From: Nannocystis bainbridge
Lineage (GTDB): Bacteria > Myxococcota_A > Polyangia > Nannocystales > Nannocystaceae
Reading direction: 5' to 3'
NCBI RefSeq assembly: GCF_028368995.1
Contig: NZ_JAQNDL010000001.1
Coordinates: 640,001-704,000 of the forward strand
Length of the DNA stretch: 64,000 bases
A model generated the notes under the pieces. The model was not told where the DNA came from, did not search any database, and worked only from the letters and a program-made list of their open reading frames with translations. A program made the translations under genes and the position numbers. Shown piece after piece: positions 9,182 through 20,100 of the stretch (positions are counted from its first letter, which is position 1; the number at the start of each line of letters is the position of its first letter).

Positions 9182-9237
9182 GATGCGGCGAGGATGCCCG
9201 CTTTCGCCGCCAGGCGCATCTGCGTATCCTTCGCGGC

Positions 9238-11256
9238 GTGCCGGTCCCCCCCGACCTCCGCGCCCTGCTCGACGCTTTCTTCGCGCCTGCCCCCGGAGCC
9301 GGGCCGCTCGCGCTCCTGCACGCCGCGGCCGAGCTGCGCGCGCGCTCGAGCGGCGCGCTCACGAGCGGCGCGATGTTCGAGCTCCAGCGCCCGCTCGTGG
9401 GCGGCCCCTGGTGCCCGCGGCTGTTCGGCCCCATCGAGTCGCTGCGCTGCGGCTGCGGCCGGCTCGTCGGCCCCGAGCACCGCGGCGAGACCTGCGAGGG
9501 CTGCCACGTGCTCTGCACCGACGAGCCCCTGCGCGACCGACGAGTCGCCCACCTCGAGGTCTCGTTCGGCCTGGTCCACCCGGCGCTCGCGCCCCGCATC
9601 GCCGACCTGCTCGGCCTCGACTTCGATGAGCTGCGCGCCGTGCTGCTCGGCGAGGCCGTGTTCCTCGCCGACGGCCAGTTGGTCGCGCACGAGCACCACG
9701 GCATCGACTGGGACGACGAGATGTCCTACGAGACAGGTGTGGCCGCGATCCGCCGGCGCCTGGCGACCGCCGTCGATCCCGAGCTCGCGGCCGCCGGCCT
9801 GTCCGCCACGGCCCTCGTGCTCACCAGCGTGCCGATCCCGCCGCCCGGCGAGCGCCCGCTGGTTCACTCGCCGCACCTCGACGAGGACCGGTGGTTCCGC
9901 GAGCTGTGGTCGGTGCAGGTCGGCCGCGACAACGAGGCGATCGCCGCGCTGGCCGCCCGCGCGCTCCGCAGCGAGCGCCTGCTCGAGCTCGGGGCCCCGA
10001 AGATCCTGCTGGACCGCGACTGCGCCGAGGCCCAGCAGGACTTCGAGGCCATGCTCGAGCTGCTGGCGCGCCCGTCCGACGACCCCGGCCGCGCCCCCGA
10101 TCCGCGGCTGTCCGGCTGGCGCCCCGCCCCGCACCTCGGCGACGACGCGGACCACGTCCCCGGCGCTCCCTATCGGTTCCGCCTCGCCGGCGCCCCGCCG
10201 GTCAGCGAAGCGGACGACCGCGACACCCACCACCGCGCCCCGCTGCGCCCCGAGGTCCCGCGCGCCTGCGTGCTCGCCGACGGCGACCGCGCCCTGATCC
10301 AGCTCGGCTACGCGCTGCTGCTCGTGCACTGGCCCACGGGACATGTCCTTTGGGTCATGCCGGCGGCCGAGGCCCGGCTGCTCGGCGCGCGCGGCGACTG
10401 GGCCCTGTTCGGCGCCAAGTACGGGCGCCAGCTCGACGCCGAGGATCCGACGCTGCTGCACGGCCTTTACGCCCTCGACCTGTCCTCCGGGACATGGCTC
10501 GAAGGCCCTTATCCGGACCACCTGCCGGCGATCTTCGTCGAGAAGGGCGAGCCCGAGGACGCGTGGCTGTCCGACTGGCGCGGCCAGCGAGGGGCCCCGG
10601 GCGCCGAGGACCTCTCGGGCGACCGCCCCGACGAGTGGGCCCGCAGCCCCGATCACCGCTTCGTGTGGATGTCGTCGAGCCCCGACGACGGCGCCGTCCT
10701 CGACAGCGAGCGCGGCGTCGCAGTGCTCATGATCAGCCAGATGCGCGAGCCGGCCGCGGACGATGTGCCGACGGTCGCGCTGACCGGCCCCGAGCGCGAC
10801 GAGAACGGGGAGATCGAGCATCAAGTCGCCCCGGGCATCGCCCTCGCCCGGGTCGGCGAGGAGTGGCGGATCCTCGTGCCGGGCGGCCTGCTGCGCCGCG
10901 ACGGCCAGGTCGCGCTCGAGTTCACCGAGGCCGCGATCGAGGGCGCCAGCTTCGACAGCGCCGGCGCGCGCCTGCTGCTGGTCAACCGCGAGGCGCTGCA
11001 CGTCGTCGAAGTCGAACGGGGGCAGCTGCTCGGGCAGCTCGACCTGCGCCCGCTGGGGCCCGCGCTGGCGCTGCCCGAGTGCGTGCCGGAGGCGCTCGCC
11101 GACCTCGTCCTGGCCCACCACGGCACCCTGGCCGCCGCCCTCACGCAGCCCGACGACGCCCTGCGCGCGCTCGGCCTCGACGACGAACAGCTGGCCGCTC
11201 TGCGCGCCGAGCGACCGCCGCCGCTGCCGGGCCAGCTCGATTCGACATGCCCTTGA
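9238..11256 (+). CDS. RNA polymerase beta-prime N-terminal (Zn-finger/clamp)-like domain fused to a probable beta-propeller domain
   Basis: WCPRLFGPIESLRCGCG..HRGETCEGCHV..RDRRVAHLEV, LTSVPIPPPGERPLV and RSERLLELGAPKILL align by eye with RpoC domain 1. No NADFDGD. Confidence 0.8.
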   Translation: MPVPPDLRALLDAFFAPAPGAGPLALLHAAAELRARSSGALTSGAMFELQRPLVGGPWCPRLFGPIESLRCGCGRLVGPEHRGETCEGCHVLCTDEPLRDRRVAHLEVSFGLVHPALAPRIADLLGLDFDELRAVLLGEAVFLADGQLVAHEHHGIDWDDEMSYETGVAAIRRRLATAVDPELAAAGLSATALVLTSVPIPPPGERPLVHSPHLDEDRWFRELWSVQVGRDNEAIAALAARALRSERLLELGAPKILLDRDCAEAQQDFEAMLELLARPSDDPGRAPDPRLSGWRPAPHLGDDADHVPGAPYRFRLAGAPPVSEADDRDTHHRAPLRPEVPRACVLADGDRALIQLGYALLLVHWPTGHVLWVMPAAEARLLGARGDWALFGAKYGRQLDAEDPTLLHGLYALDLSSGTWLEGPYPDHLPAIFVEKGEPEDAWLSDWRGQRGAPGAEDLSGDRPDEWARSPDHRFVWMSSSPDDGAVLDSERGVAVLMISQMREPAADDVPTVALTGPERDENGEIEHQVAPGIALARVGEEWRILVPGGLLRRDGQVALEFTEAAIEGASFDSAGARLLLVNREALHVVEVERGQLLGQLDLRPLGPALALPECVPEALADLVLAHHGTLAAALTQPDDALRALGLDDEQLAALRAERPPPLPGQLDSTCP

Positions 11257-11300
11257 GGCCATGTACAATTCTTCATGTCCTAAGAGACATGCCCGAAGCG
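11245..11300. repeat. 14-bp-period CATG palindrome array (4 units) overlapping the stop of the beta-prime-like gene
   Basis: acatgcccttgagg/ccatgtacaattct/tcatgtcctaagag/acatgcccgaagcg. Confidence 0.8.
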
Positions 11301-11668
11301 ACAGCTTCGCCCGCCGCTCGGTGATGGCGCCCGCAGGATCGCCGGCGGACGCGTGAAGGCGAACTGCGCCGCGCGAACCCGACCGCTCGACCGCTACGAA
11401 ATGGATCGAGACACCGCCATGCGCGCCGCGGTTTCTCTGTCGTCGCTCGTATCGACCCCTTGCTCGCGGGAGGACCTCACCACCGCGGCGACCCCCGGCG
11501 CGGCGCGGTTCGGCCTGAAACTTCGGGTCGACGGCAAGGGTCGTCATCGCCGTCGAGGGCCGCCATCGCGGCTGTTTTCGCGGGAGCGCCGCGCGGCCTC
11601 GATGCAGCGAATTCCCCATCGCGTTCGACTTGCTCGCCGGGCCACGATCGATCATTCTCCATCCCCGT

Positions 11669-12472
11669 ATGCATCGAATTACTTGTTGTCTTACCGTGAC
11701 CCTGATCGCCGCCTGCACCCCTGACAAAAACGACACCGACTCCTCGACTTCGTCGAGCACCTCGAGCTCGTCGACCGACGCCACCGGGCCAACCGACGCC
11801 ACCGTATCGACCGACGCGACTGACGCCACCGCCTCGACCGACGCCACCGACGCCACCGACGCCACCGACGCCACCGCGTCGGCCTCCAGCGCCGACCCCT
11901 CCGACACGATGCCGGGCACCACCGGCACCACCGGCGGCGAGGAGGACGAGTTCGGCTTCATCTGCGTGGAGTTGGTCAGGGCCGAGAGCGAGGAGAGCGA
12001 CCCGTTCGTGGGCACGGCCTCGATCTCCCTCACCCTCGAGCTCGATCCCTGCTTGCGCGACTTCTACACCGAGGCGCACCCCGAGTACGTGAGCGGGCCC
12101 GAGGGGCTCGCGGTGCTGGAGGAGTGGCGGGACCGGTTGTGCAGCGAGCCCGTCGTGGGTGGGCTGGTGTCCTGCGAGATCGATCAAATCGAGTTCGGTC
12201 TCGCCGATGACGCCCCGGCCACCCTGACCGTGGTCTACAAGGTGCTGGACGCGGCCCAGGTCGACGGGCGCATGCTGCTGTGGGGGCCGGCCCCGCTGGC
12301 GGAGCTCGCCGGCTGCGAGCCCAAAGCGCGGCTCACGACGCCGCTCAACCTGGTCGGCTTCCCCGAGAACGGCGGGCCGCTGTGGTCGGCGCAGAGCTGG
12401 GATAATCCGGTCGGGCTCGTCAAATCCGAGGCCAGCGGGTGCATCAAGGTCCAGGTGGCGAAGGCCCTGTGA
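11669..12472 (+). CDS. Lipoprotein with TDA-repeat linker
   Basis: ATG at 11669; lipobox LIAAC; (ACCGACGCC)n repeats; Cys-containing C-terminal domain. Confidence 0.8.
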   Translation: MHRITCCLTVTLIAACTPDKNDTDSSTSSSTSSSSTDATGPTDATVSTDATDATASTDATDATDATDATASASSADPSDTMPGTTGTTGGEEDEFGFICVELVRAESEESDPFVGTASISLTLELDPCLRDFYTEAHPEYVSGPEGLAVLEEWRDRLCSEPVVGGLVSCEIDQIEFGLADDAPATLTVVYKVLDAAQVDGRMLLWGPAPLAELAGCEPKARLTTPLNLVGFPENGGPLWSAQSWDNPVGLVKSEASGCIKVQVAKAL

Positions 12473-12614
12473 GGAGTCCATCCCCTGGCTGATGCTCGAC
12501 GGCGGCCCCCGGGTGCGCACGGCCGCGTCGGCTTCGACGCGGTCGCGCCCCGGCCCGCCAGCCCGGCCTTGACGACGCGCGGCGCGACGAGTCGGCGCCG
12601 ACCTTGCCGATCGA

Positions 12615-12669
12615 ACATGCCCGGGAGGACATGCTCTTCCAAGATGTCCTGTCAAACATGTCCGATGTG
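12615..12669. repeat. 14-bp-period CATG palindrome array (4 units, one of 13 bp) between convergent genes
   Basis: acatgcccgggagg/acatgctcttcca/agatgtcctgtcaa/acatgtccgatgtg. Confidence 0.8.
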
Positions 12670-12679
12670 ACAGCCGACG

Positions 12680-14437
12680 TCACTCGCCGCTCGGCGGCAG
12701 CACGCGCAGGTCCAACGGCTGGTGCGCCGGGTCCGTCACCGGCACGGCGCCCCCGGGCGTTGCCAGATCGACCTGGAAACCCGGATACACATAATTGTCC
12801 TCGGACACCGCCTGCACCGAGTAGAACACCCGCTGTCCGTCGGCGCTGAAGGTCCGCGTGCCTGTCCCGAGCTTCTGGCCAGCCGCCGGCGGCGCGTTCA
12901 CCTGGGTCCGCGCGCCCGGGTTCGCCAGGTCGACGAGCCACAACTGCGAGGCCGGCGTCGCCTCGTCCGGGCCGATGTAGAGCAGCTTCGAGCCCTCGCC
13001 ATCGAACCCGAGGAAGCCCGGGATCGTGCCACCTTCGGGCAGCGGCGGGTTGACGCGCACCGGCGCCGGCGCCTGATCGAGGCGCACCATCCACAGGTCG
13101 TCGCCGCCGTCGGCCGTCGCCTGCGAGAGGTAGAAGAGCAGCGCCGGATCGGGCCCGAAATAGGCCCCACGGAGCTGGCCCCCCGCCGTCGCCGAGGCCA
13201 GCTTCACCGGCGAAGACGGCATCGGCCCGCCGAGGTCGACCGCGAACAGCTCGCGCACCTCCGCCTCGGTATCGGCGTAGTACACGGCGAAGCGGCCGTC
13301 GGGCGAGAACCTGTCGTCCTTCGAGCTCACCCGACCGGGCGCGTCGTGCAGCGGCACCAGTGGCCCCGCGCTCGTGCCGTCGATGGTGAAGAACGAGAGG
13401 TCGCCCAGGCCGTCGGCGCCCTTCCACGCCAGGCCGCCGGTCATGTCGTCGCGGTAATAACCATCCGTCAGCTCCACCGGCGGCCCGGGCGGATTCATCG
13501 TCATGTCGATCGCGCGCGTGCCCGCGTGGGAGGTGAGATCGGCGCCGTAATCGTAGTAGAGCGTGGCGCCGTCCGGCGAGAACCATGCCTCGTGAATGAA
13601 CGCCTCGTCCGCCGGCACCTCGCTGGTCAGCGCAATCGCCTCGCCGGCGTCGCCGGGCCCCGCCCCGGCCAGGAACAATTGCGCGACCTCGTCGCCGTCC
13701 GGATCGCCGGAATAGACGATGCGCGAGTCGTCCGGCGACCACGCGAAGCCCCAGCCGCTGATGCCGCCGCCCGCCGCCAGCGGTGGGTTCCACACCTCGG
13801 GCACACACGATCCGTCGGCCCCCACGTCGCACAGGTAGACCTCGGCCCCGACCCCGTCCTGGGAGGTGCGGCGCAGCGCCAGCCGGCTCTCGTCCCCGCT
13901 CCACCACGTCCCCAGGACCTGAAAACCGGGCTCTCCCGCCAGCTCGACCCGCACCGGGGTGCCGGGCGCCGGCCCGGACATGTCGACCAGCCAGGCCTCC
14001 TCCCCGAGCCGCGGATGCGCCGCGACCAGCAGCATCCACCGCTGCGACGGCGACAGCGCACCGGGGAACGGCAGGTGCCAGCCGGTCGGCAGGTTGTGGT
14101 TGATGAGCACCGCCGGCCCCGGCTGCGGCCCCGTGCAATCGACGAAGTACATGTCGACCCCGACCTCGTTGTCGTCGGCATAGACCACCCGCGCGGCCCC
14201 GCCGTCCGGCGTCTCCCCGGTCGTGCCGGTCGTGGTCGGCGCCTCGCCCGTCGTGCTCGCTTCGTCCGTCGTGCTCGACTCCGCCCCCGTGGTCGGGCTC
14301 GTGCCCGGCTCCTCCGTGGTGCTCGCCGTCGCCTCCGTGGTCGCGTCCGTCGCCGGAGCCTCGCTGGTATTCGCCGTATCGCCCGGACAGCCCGCCGCAG
14401 CGGCCAGGATGCCCAGCATGGTCAAGGTTCGCGTCAT
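12680..14437 (-). CDS. Lipoprotein with TolB/PD40-like beta-propeller
   Basis: Lipobox AAGC; T/E-rich linker; repeated WSPDDSRIVY/FSPDGATLYY/FSPDGRFAVY/FSADGQRVFY blades. Confidence 0.85.
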   Translation of the reverse strand: MTRTLTMLGILAAAAGCPGDTANTSEAPATDATTEATASTTEEPGTSPTTGAESSTTDEASTTGEAPTTTGTTGETPDGGAARVVYADDNEVGVDMYFVDCTGPQPGPAVLINHNLPTGWHLPFPGALSPSQRWMLLVAAHPRLGEEAWLVDMSGPAPGTPVRVELAGEPGFQVLGTWWSGDESRLALRRTSQDGVGAEVYLCDVGADGSCVPEVWNPPLAAGGGISGWGFAWSPDDSRIVYSGDPDGDEVAQLFLAGAGPGDAGEAIALTSEVPADEAFIHEAWFSPDGATLYYDYGADLTSHAGTRAIDMTMNPPGPPVELTDGYYRDDMTGGLAWKGADGLGDLSFFTIDGTSAGPLVPLHDAPGRVSSKDDRFSPDGRFAVYYADTEAEVRELFAVDLGGPMPSSPVKLASATAGGQLRGAYFGPDPALLFYLSQATADGGDDLWMVRLDQAPAPVRVNPPLPEGGTIPGFLGFDGEGSKLLYIGPDEATPASQLWLVDLANPGARTQVNAPPAAGQKLGTGTRTFSADGQRVFYSVQAVSEDNYVYPGFQVDLATPGGAVPVTDPAHQPLDLRVLPPSGE

Positions 14438-14654
14438 CGTGTGCTCTCCGTCCGCACCTGGAGTACCCGCGCCGGTGCGGCGAATTGCGAGATGACGAAA
14501 CCCGGCCGTGCGCCGGGTCGGGGGCGCTCGGCCCTGGGCGCGCCCTCGTCCCCATACGCACATGTCCCGGGGGACAGGTCGCTCGCGCGCTCGGGACCAA
14601 CGAGAATGCGCCGCTGGACCCGGTCCAGCGGCGCACCCTCGACCAGCGCGGCCG

Positions 14655-15548
14655 TCAGTCGCGATAGCGCTTGGTGAGGTCGCCGTAGGCCTCGATCCGC
14701 CGGTCGCGCAGGAACGGCCAGATCCGTCGCACCTGCTCGCTGCGGCCGCGGTCGACCTCGACCACCAGGACCTCGGGCGACTCGCCGGCCTTGGCCAGGA
14801 ATTCGCCCTGCGGGCCGGCGACGAAGCTGTGCCCCCAGAAATTCAGGCCGGGGTTGACGCCGCTCGGGTCGGGCTCGTGGCCGACGCGGTTGGCCACGAT
14901 CACCGGCAGCCCGTTGGCGACCGCGTGGCCGCGCTGCACGGTGATCCACGCCTCGCGCTGGCGCATGCGCTCGTCCTCGGCGTCGCGCATGTCCCAGCCG
15001 ATCGCCGTCGGGTACAGCAGCAGCTCGGCCCCGGCGAGCGCCATCATGCGCGCGGCTTCGGGGTACCACTGGTCCCAGCACACCAGCACGCCGAGCTTGC
15101 CGACCGACGTCTCGATCGGGTTGAAGCCGAGGTCGCCGGGCGTGAAGTAGAACTTCTCGTAGTAGGCCGGGTCGTCGGGGATGTGCATCTTGCGGTACTT
15201 GCCGGCGATGCTGCCGTCCTTCTCGAGCACGACCGCGGTGTTGTGATAGAGGCCGGCCGCGCGGCGCTCGAACAGCGACGCGACGATGACGATCCCGAGC
15301 TCCTTGGCGAGCGCGCCGAGCTCGTTCGACGTGGGCCCCGGGATCGACTCGGCCTGGTCGAACACCGCCGTGTCCTCGGTCTGGCAGAAGTAGAGGCCCG
15401 CGTGCAGCTCCTGCAGCAGCACCAGCTCGGCCCCGCGGCGCGCGGCCTCGCGGACGCCGGCCACCGTCGTGCGGAGGTTGTGGTCGCGGTCACCGGTGTT
15501 CTGCTGCTGCACCAGCCCGATCGTCCAGGTCGCCTTGCGCGTGGTCAT
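14655..15548 (-). CDS. aguB: N-carbamoylputrescine amidase (carbon-nitrogen hydrolase)
   Basis: LQELH, YRKMHIPDDPAYYEKFYFTPGD, VCWDQWYPEAAR, YPTAIGW, WPFLRDRR. Confidence 0.9.
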   Translation of the reverse strand: MTTRKATWTIGLVQQQNTGDRDHNLRTTVAGVREAARRGAELVLLQELHAGLYFCQTEDTAVFDQAESIPGPTSNELGALAKELGIVIVASLFERRAAGLYHNTAVVLEKDGSIAGKYRKMHIPDDPAYYEKFYFTPGDLGFNPIETSVGKLGVLVCWDQWYPEAARMMALAGAELLLYPTAIGWDMRDAEDERMRQREAWITVQRGHAVANGLPVIVANRVGHEPDPSGVNPGLNFWGHSFVAGPQGEFLAKAGESPEVLVVEVDRGRSEQVRRIWPFLRDRRIEAYGDLTKRYRD

Positions 15549-15631
15549 CAGGCCGCCTCTATACGGCTTCCGGCGGCCCCGCGCCAGCACTTCGTGCGCG
15601 AGCGCGCGCCGGCTTGTGGCATGCTCGGGCC

Positions 15632-16882
15632 ATGTCTTCGCACCGCCCTGGCCCCCTCGCCCGCGCCTCCGTGGTCATCCTCACCGCGCTGGTCGCGACC
15701 CTCGCCCCCAGCGCGCCCGCGAACGCCTGCGGCGGCATGGTCTTCCCCGGCCACGAGGCCCGCGTCGGCGGCATGAGCGACCAGGAGCTCGCCGTCGTGT
15801 TCGCCGCCGACGAGACGGTGCTGGTCGCCTCGGCCCGCTACGAGGGCGTCGAAGCGGCCGAGTTCGCGTTCGTGCTGCCCCTCGCCAGCGCGCCGGCCGA
15901 CGTCCGCGACGGCGACCCGGCCCTGTTCCTGGCCCTCGACGAGCTCAGCGCCCCGCGCGTCGCGGTGTTCGAGAACCAGGACGAATCGATGGGCCTGTGC
16001 GGCAGCAGCGACAAGGCCGGCGGTGGCAACAGCCTCGGCGACCCCATGGGCGACCGCGGCGACGTCATGGTCCTCGATCGCGGCGAGACTGCCACCTACG
16101 AGTACGTCGTGATCGGCGGCGACACCGGCGTGGCGATCGCCGACTGGCTGGCCGACGCCGGCTACCCGCTGCCCGCCGACTACGCGGCCGCGCTCGAGCC
16201 GTACGTCGCGGGCGAGTGGTCGTTCTTCGCCGCCAAGGTCAAGCCCGGGGCCGACAGCGGGGTGTTGGCGCCGATCGAGCTGCACCTGCCGCCGGCCCAG
16301 CCCGCGACCTTCGAGGTCCCGCTGGCGATCGCCACCCACTCGATGAAGCCCGGCGCCGAGCTGCGGCTCACCACCTACTTCCTCGCCGGCGGCCCGGTGC
16401 TGCCCGCCAACTACGCGGCCCAGGCGGTCGACGACGACGAGCTGGTCGCGCTGTCGGAGAGCGAGACCAACTACGACGCGCTCGAGGCCGCGGTGCTCGC
16501 CAGCGACCCCGAGGGCGCGTGGGTGATCGACTTCTCCAACCCGCTCTACGCCGGCGCGCTCGGCGAGGCCTTCGACGAGGGCACCTGGGCCGGCCGCATC
16601 GACCCCGAGACCGCCAGCCGCGCGTGGCTCGACGAGTTCGCGACCCGCGCGAAGCTCGACGGCCTCCACCTCACCCGCCTGCGCACCGCCCTGAAGCCGA
16701 CGCAGGTCCGCGACCTCACCCTGCGCGCCGCCTCCGGCCCGCCGGTCGACAACGTGCACGCCGCCACCTACGACCCCGACGCCGGCGAGGGCTGCCAGAT
16801 CGACCGCACCGGCCGCCTGCCCCAGCTGCTGCTGCTGCTGCCGGTGCTGGCGTGGATCCGCCGCCGCCCCCGCCGCGCCTGA
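15632..16882 (+). CDS. DUF2330-like exported protein with MYXO-CTERM-like tail
   Basis: Signal peptide ending ANA-CGG; FAFVLP, WLADAGY and LTRLRT motifs; C-terminal GC + hydrophobic helix + RRR. Confidence 0.8.
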   Translation: MSSHRPGPLARASVVILTALVATLAPSAPANACGGMVFPGHEARVGGMSDQELAVVFAADETVLVASARYEGVEAAEFAFVLPLASAPADVRDGDPALFLALDELSAPRVAVFENQDESMGLCGSSDKAGGGNSLGDPMGDRGDVMVLDRGETATYEYVVIGGDTGVAIADWLADAGYPLPADYAAALEPYVAGEWSFFAAKVKPGADSGVLAPIELHLPPAQPATFEVPLAIATHSMKPGAELRLTTYFLAGGPVLPANYAAQAVDDDELVALSESETNYDALEAAVLASDPEGAWVIDFSNPLYAGALGEAFDEGTWAGRIDPETASRAWLDEFATRAKLDGLHLTRLRTALKPTQVRDLTLRAASGPPVDNVHAATYDPDAGEGCQIDRTGRLPQLLLLLPVLAWIRRRPRRA

Positions 16883-16906
16883 CCTGTAAGGGCAGCCGGT
16901 CGCCGC

Positions 16907-16948
16907 GCATGCCCGAAGGAGCATGTCCTTTCGGGCACGTCCCGTGCT
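16907..16948. repeat. 14-bp-period CATG palindrome array (3 units)
   Basis: gcatgcccgaagga/gcatgtcctttcgg/gcacgtcccgtgct. Confidence 0.8.
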
Positions 16949-17036
16949 GGCGTGGCTCCGCCAGCTCCCGGCTCCGCCCCCGACCGACGACGCCCGTTCG
17001 TGGATCCGCGCCGCGGCTCCTCGACTGGCCGAATGC

Positions 17037-17106
17037 GCATGTCCCTACGGACATGCCCCTTTGCGCATGCCCGATCGGGCATGCCCTCTCAGACATGCCC
17101 CTTGAG
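17037..17106. repeat. 14-bp-period CATG palindrome array (5 units)
   Basis: gcatgtccctacgg/acatgcccctttgc/gcatgcccgatcgg/gcatgccctctcag/acatgccccttgag. Confidence 0.9.
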
Positions 17107-17111
17107 ACACC

Positions 17112-20100
17112 TCACCCGAGCTGCCCCAGCAGCGCCCGGGCCTCGCGCAGGTCGGCCGTCTCCAGCCCTTCTTTAAACCACTCGTAGGCCCCGGCCACCA
17201 GCTCGCGGGCCTCGCCCGGGCTGCCGCGCAGGACCAGCAGGCGGGCCTGGCTCAGCGCCAGGCGCAGCTCCCACGCGCGCGCTTGCTGGCGGCGGGCCAC
17301 CTCGAGGCCGCGGCGGAAGCAGTCCTCGGCCGTGCGCGTGCCCGACGTCATCCCGGTCGACAGCAGCAGCTCGCCGCGCAGGCGCAGCACCTCGGCCTCG
17401 AAGAAGCGCTCGCCCGAGCGGCGCATGAACTCCTCGACCTCGTCGACCTTGCGCATCGCCTCGTCGTGGCGACCCGCGCGCCACAGGCCCCAGATCGCGG
17501 CCGCCTGGAAGAACGAGATGCCCGCCTTGGCGCCCGTGCGCGTCCACCCGGCCACGCCCTCGGCCAGCTCGCTCGCCCCGGCCTCGCGCTCGCCGCTCCC
17601 GAGCTGCGACCAGCCGCGCTGGATCTGGCACATCGCCAGCCATAGCTGCAGCTTGTGTTCGGTCGCCACCTTCTCGGCCCGGTCGGCCAGGTCGCGGGCC
17701 GTGGCGAACTCGCCGCGGTAGTTGTGGAGCGTCGCCAGGTAGTTCATCGCGAACGCGATGCTCAGCGGGTGCTCGATCTCCTGCGCCAGCCGCAGCGCCT
17801 CGCGGGCGCGTGCCACCGCCTGATCGGGATGACCGAGGAACCACAGCACCCACGCCAGGTACAGCCCATTGGTCACCCCGGGGTCCTGGCCGTAGCGCAG
17901 CGCCAGCTTGCCGTGCTCGCGGATGTCGTACAGCGCCAGGCCCTTCTCGGTCAGCTCGCGGCAGCCGGCGATCTCGCCGAGCAGCATCTGGCTGGTCCCG
18001 AGCGCGCGGTAGGCCAGCATCAGCATCGTGCGGTTGTCGGTCGTCTCGGCCTGCGCGACCAATTGCCGCCCGAGGTTGGCCGAGATCTCGGCCGCGCCGC
18101 CGACCATGTAGAACTGCCACAGGCCCAGCACCGACGGGAACAGCTGGGCGTCGTCGCCGGCGCGGCGGCACAGCTCGCGCGCGCGCGCGTAGGTGTCGTG
18201 GACCTCGGGCGCCGCGTAGCCGCGGGTCGCCATCAGCGGCGCGCCGAGGGCCAATTGCAGCGCCAGCTCCTTGCGGTCGCGCGGGTCGCCCTCGGGCCGC
18301 GCCCGCAGCAGCGCGATCGCCTGTGCGTAATGGGACACCGCGTCGGTGTTGGCCGAGCGCTGCACCGCCTTTTGTCCGGCCTTCTCGAGCCACTCGATCG
18401 CGCGCTCGTGATCGCCGGCCTCGACGAAGTGGTGCGCCAGCAGCTCGGGCTGCAGCTCGGCGAGTTCGGGGAACTGGCCGAGGATCGCCCGCGTCGCCTG
18501 CCCGTGCAGGTACTGCCGGCGCGGCCGCAGCAGCGAGCTGAGCGCCGCCTCCTGCACCAGCGCGTGGCGGAACACGTAGCGGGCCGCCTGCTCGCTGCCC
18601 TCGACGCGCACGATGCCGGCCTCCACCAATTGCATGAGCCCGGTGCGCAGCGTCTCCTCGTCGCGGTCCGACGCGTGGCGCAGCAGCGCGTACGGGAAAT
18701 CGCGCCCGAGCACCGCGCCGAGCTGCGCCACCTCGCGGCCGGCCTCCTGCAGGCGATCGAGGCGGGCCAGCAGCAGCTCCTGCAGCGTCGCCGGGATGGC
18801 CGCCAGCGCCGAGCTGGCCCGCCGCACCGCCGAAGCCTGGCCCTCGCGCTGCCACACCTCCGCCGCCGTCTGCGTGACCTCCTCGACGAACAGCGGGATG
18901 CCGTCGGCGCGGGCCACCAATTGCGCGACCAGCTCTTCTGGCAGCGCCTGGCCGCGGGCCGCCAGCGCCACCATCGCCGCCGTCTGATGCGGCGACAGCC
19001 GGCGCAGCGCGAGGCGGTGCAGGTGCGGCCGCGCCGGCCAGTTGGGCGCGAACTCCGGCCGCGAAGTCGCCACCACCATCAACGGCGCCTCGGTCATGCG
19101 CGCGACCAGCAGCTCGAGCAGCTCGAGCGTGCTCTGGTCGCTCCAGTGCAGGTCCTCGACCACCAGCAGCGTCGGTCGCTGCGCGGCCAATGCCAGCACC
19201 GTGCGGATCAGCGCCTCCTGCACCCGGTTCTTCAGCAGGTCGGGCGACAGCTGCGGCGCCGCGTAGCGCCCGTCCAGCGGGATCGCCAGGACCGCCGCGA
19301 ACAGCGGCACATGCTCGGCCAGCGGCACGCGCAGGTCGGCCAGCGCCGCCTCCACCCGCGCCAGCCGATCGCTCGCCGTCGCCTCCGGCTCGATGTCCAT
19401 CGCCCGCATCGTCGCCTCGAGCAGCGGGTGCAGGGCGCTGTTGCGGAAGTGCGGCCAGCACTGGCACACCAGCCGCTGGTGGGCCTCGCCGGCCGTGTAC
19501 GCGCGCAGCGTCTGCACCAGCCGCGACTTGCCGAGCCCCGCCTCGCCCGACAGCAACACGAACTGCCCGCGGCCCTCGCGGACCTGGGCCCACAGCCCGC
19601 GCAGCGCGTCGACCTCGGCCTCGCGCCCGACCAGCGGCGTCAGCTCGCCGCCCGCGCGGTCGAACCGGCTGACCGTGCGACTCGGCCGCAGCGCCCGCAG
19701 CACCTCGATCGTGCGGCCCCCGCCCGGCGGCCGGCGCTCGCCGCGGGCCTCGACCTCGATGGTCCCGCGGACCAGCGCGCGGGCCCGGCCGCTCAGCAGG
19801 ATCTCGTGCGGCGCGGCCTGTCCTTCGAGCCAGGTTGCGACGTGCGGCAGCTCGCCGAGCAGCCGCGGCGCCGCCTCGTGCTCGCGCTTGTCGGCGACCA
19901 CCGAGCCGCTGCAGATGCCGATGCGCGCCGCCAGGGTCGCCCCGCCGGCGCTGGCCAGCCCGCGCACCGAATCGACGACCAGGAACCCGGCCCGCAGCGC
20001 CCGCTCGGCGTCGTCCTCGTGGGCCGCCGGCCAGCCGAAGCACACCAGCGCGTGCCCGCCGTGGGCCGCCACCATCGTGCCCTCGAGCTGGCGGGCCACC

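Noticed and set aside
9238-11256. Calling this gene rpoC
   Set aside because: Only the N-terminal region is similar; no NADFDGD, no rpoB or ribosomal context, and the sequence is highly diverged.
17037-17106. CRISPR interpretation of the CATG arrays
   Set aside because: The 14-bp period is far too short, there are no 25-40 bp unique spacers, and no cas genes.
16716-17176. Small ORFs containing CPxGH-like motifs
   Set aside because: These are translation artefacts of the 14-bp DNA repeat and appear in several frames and on both strands.
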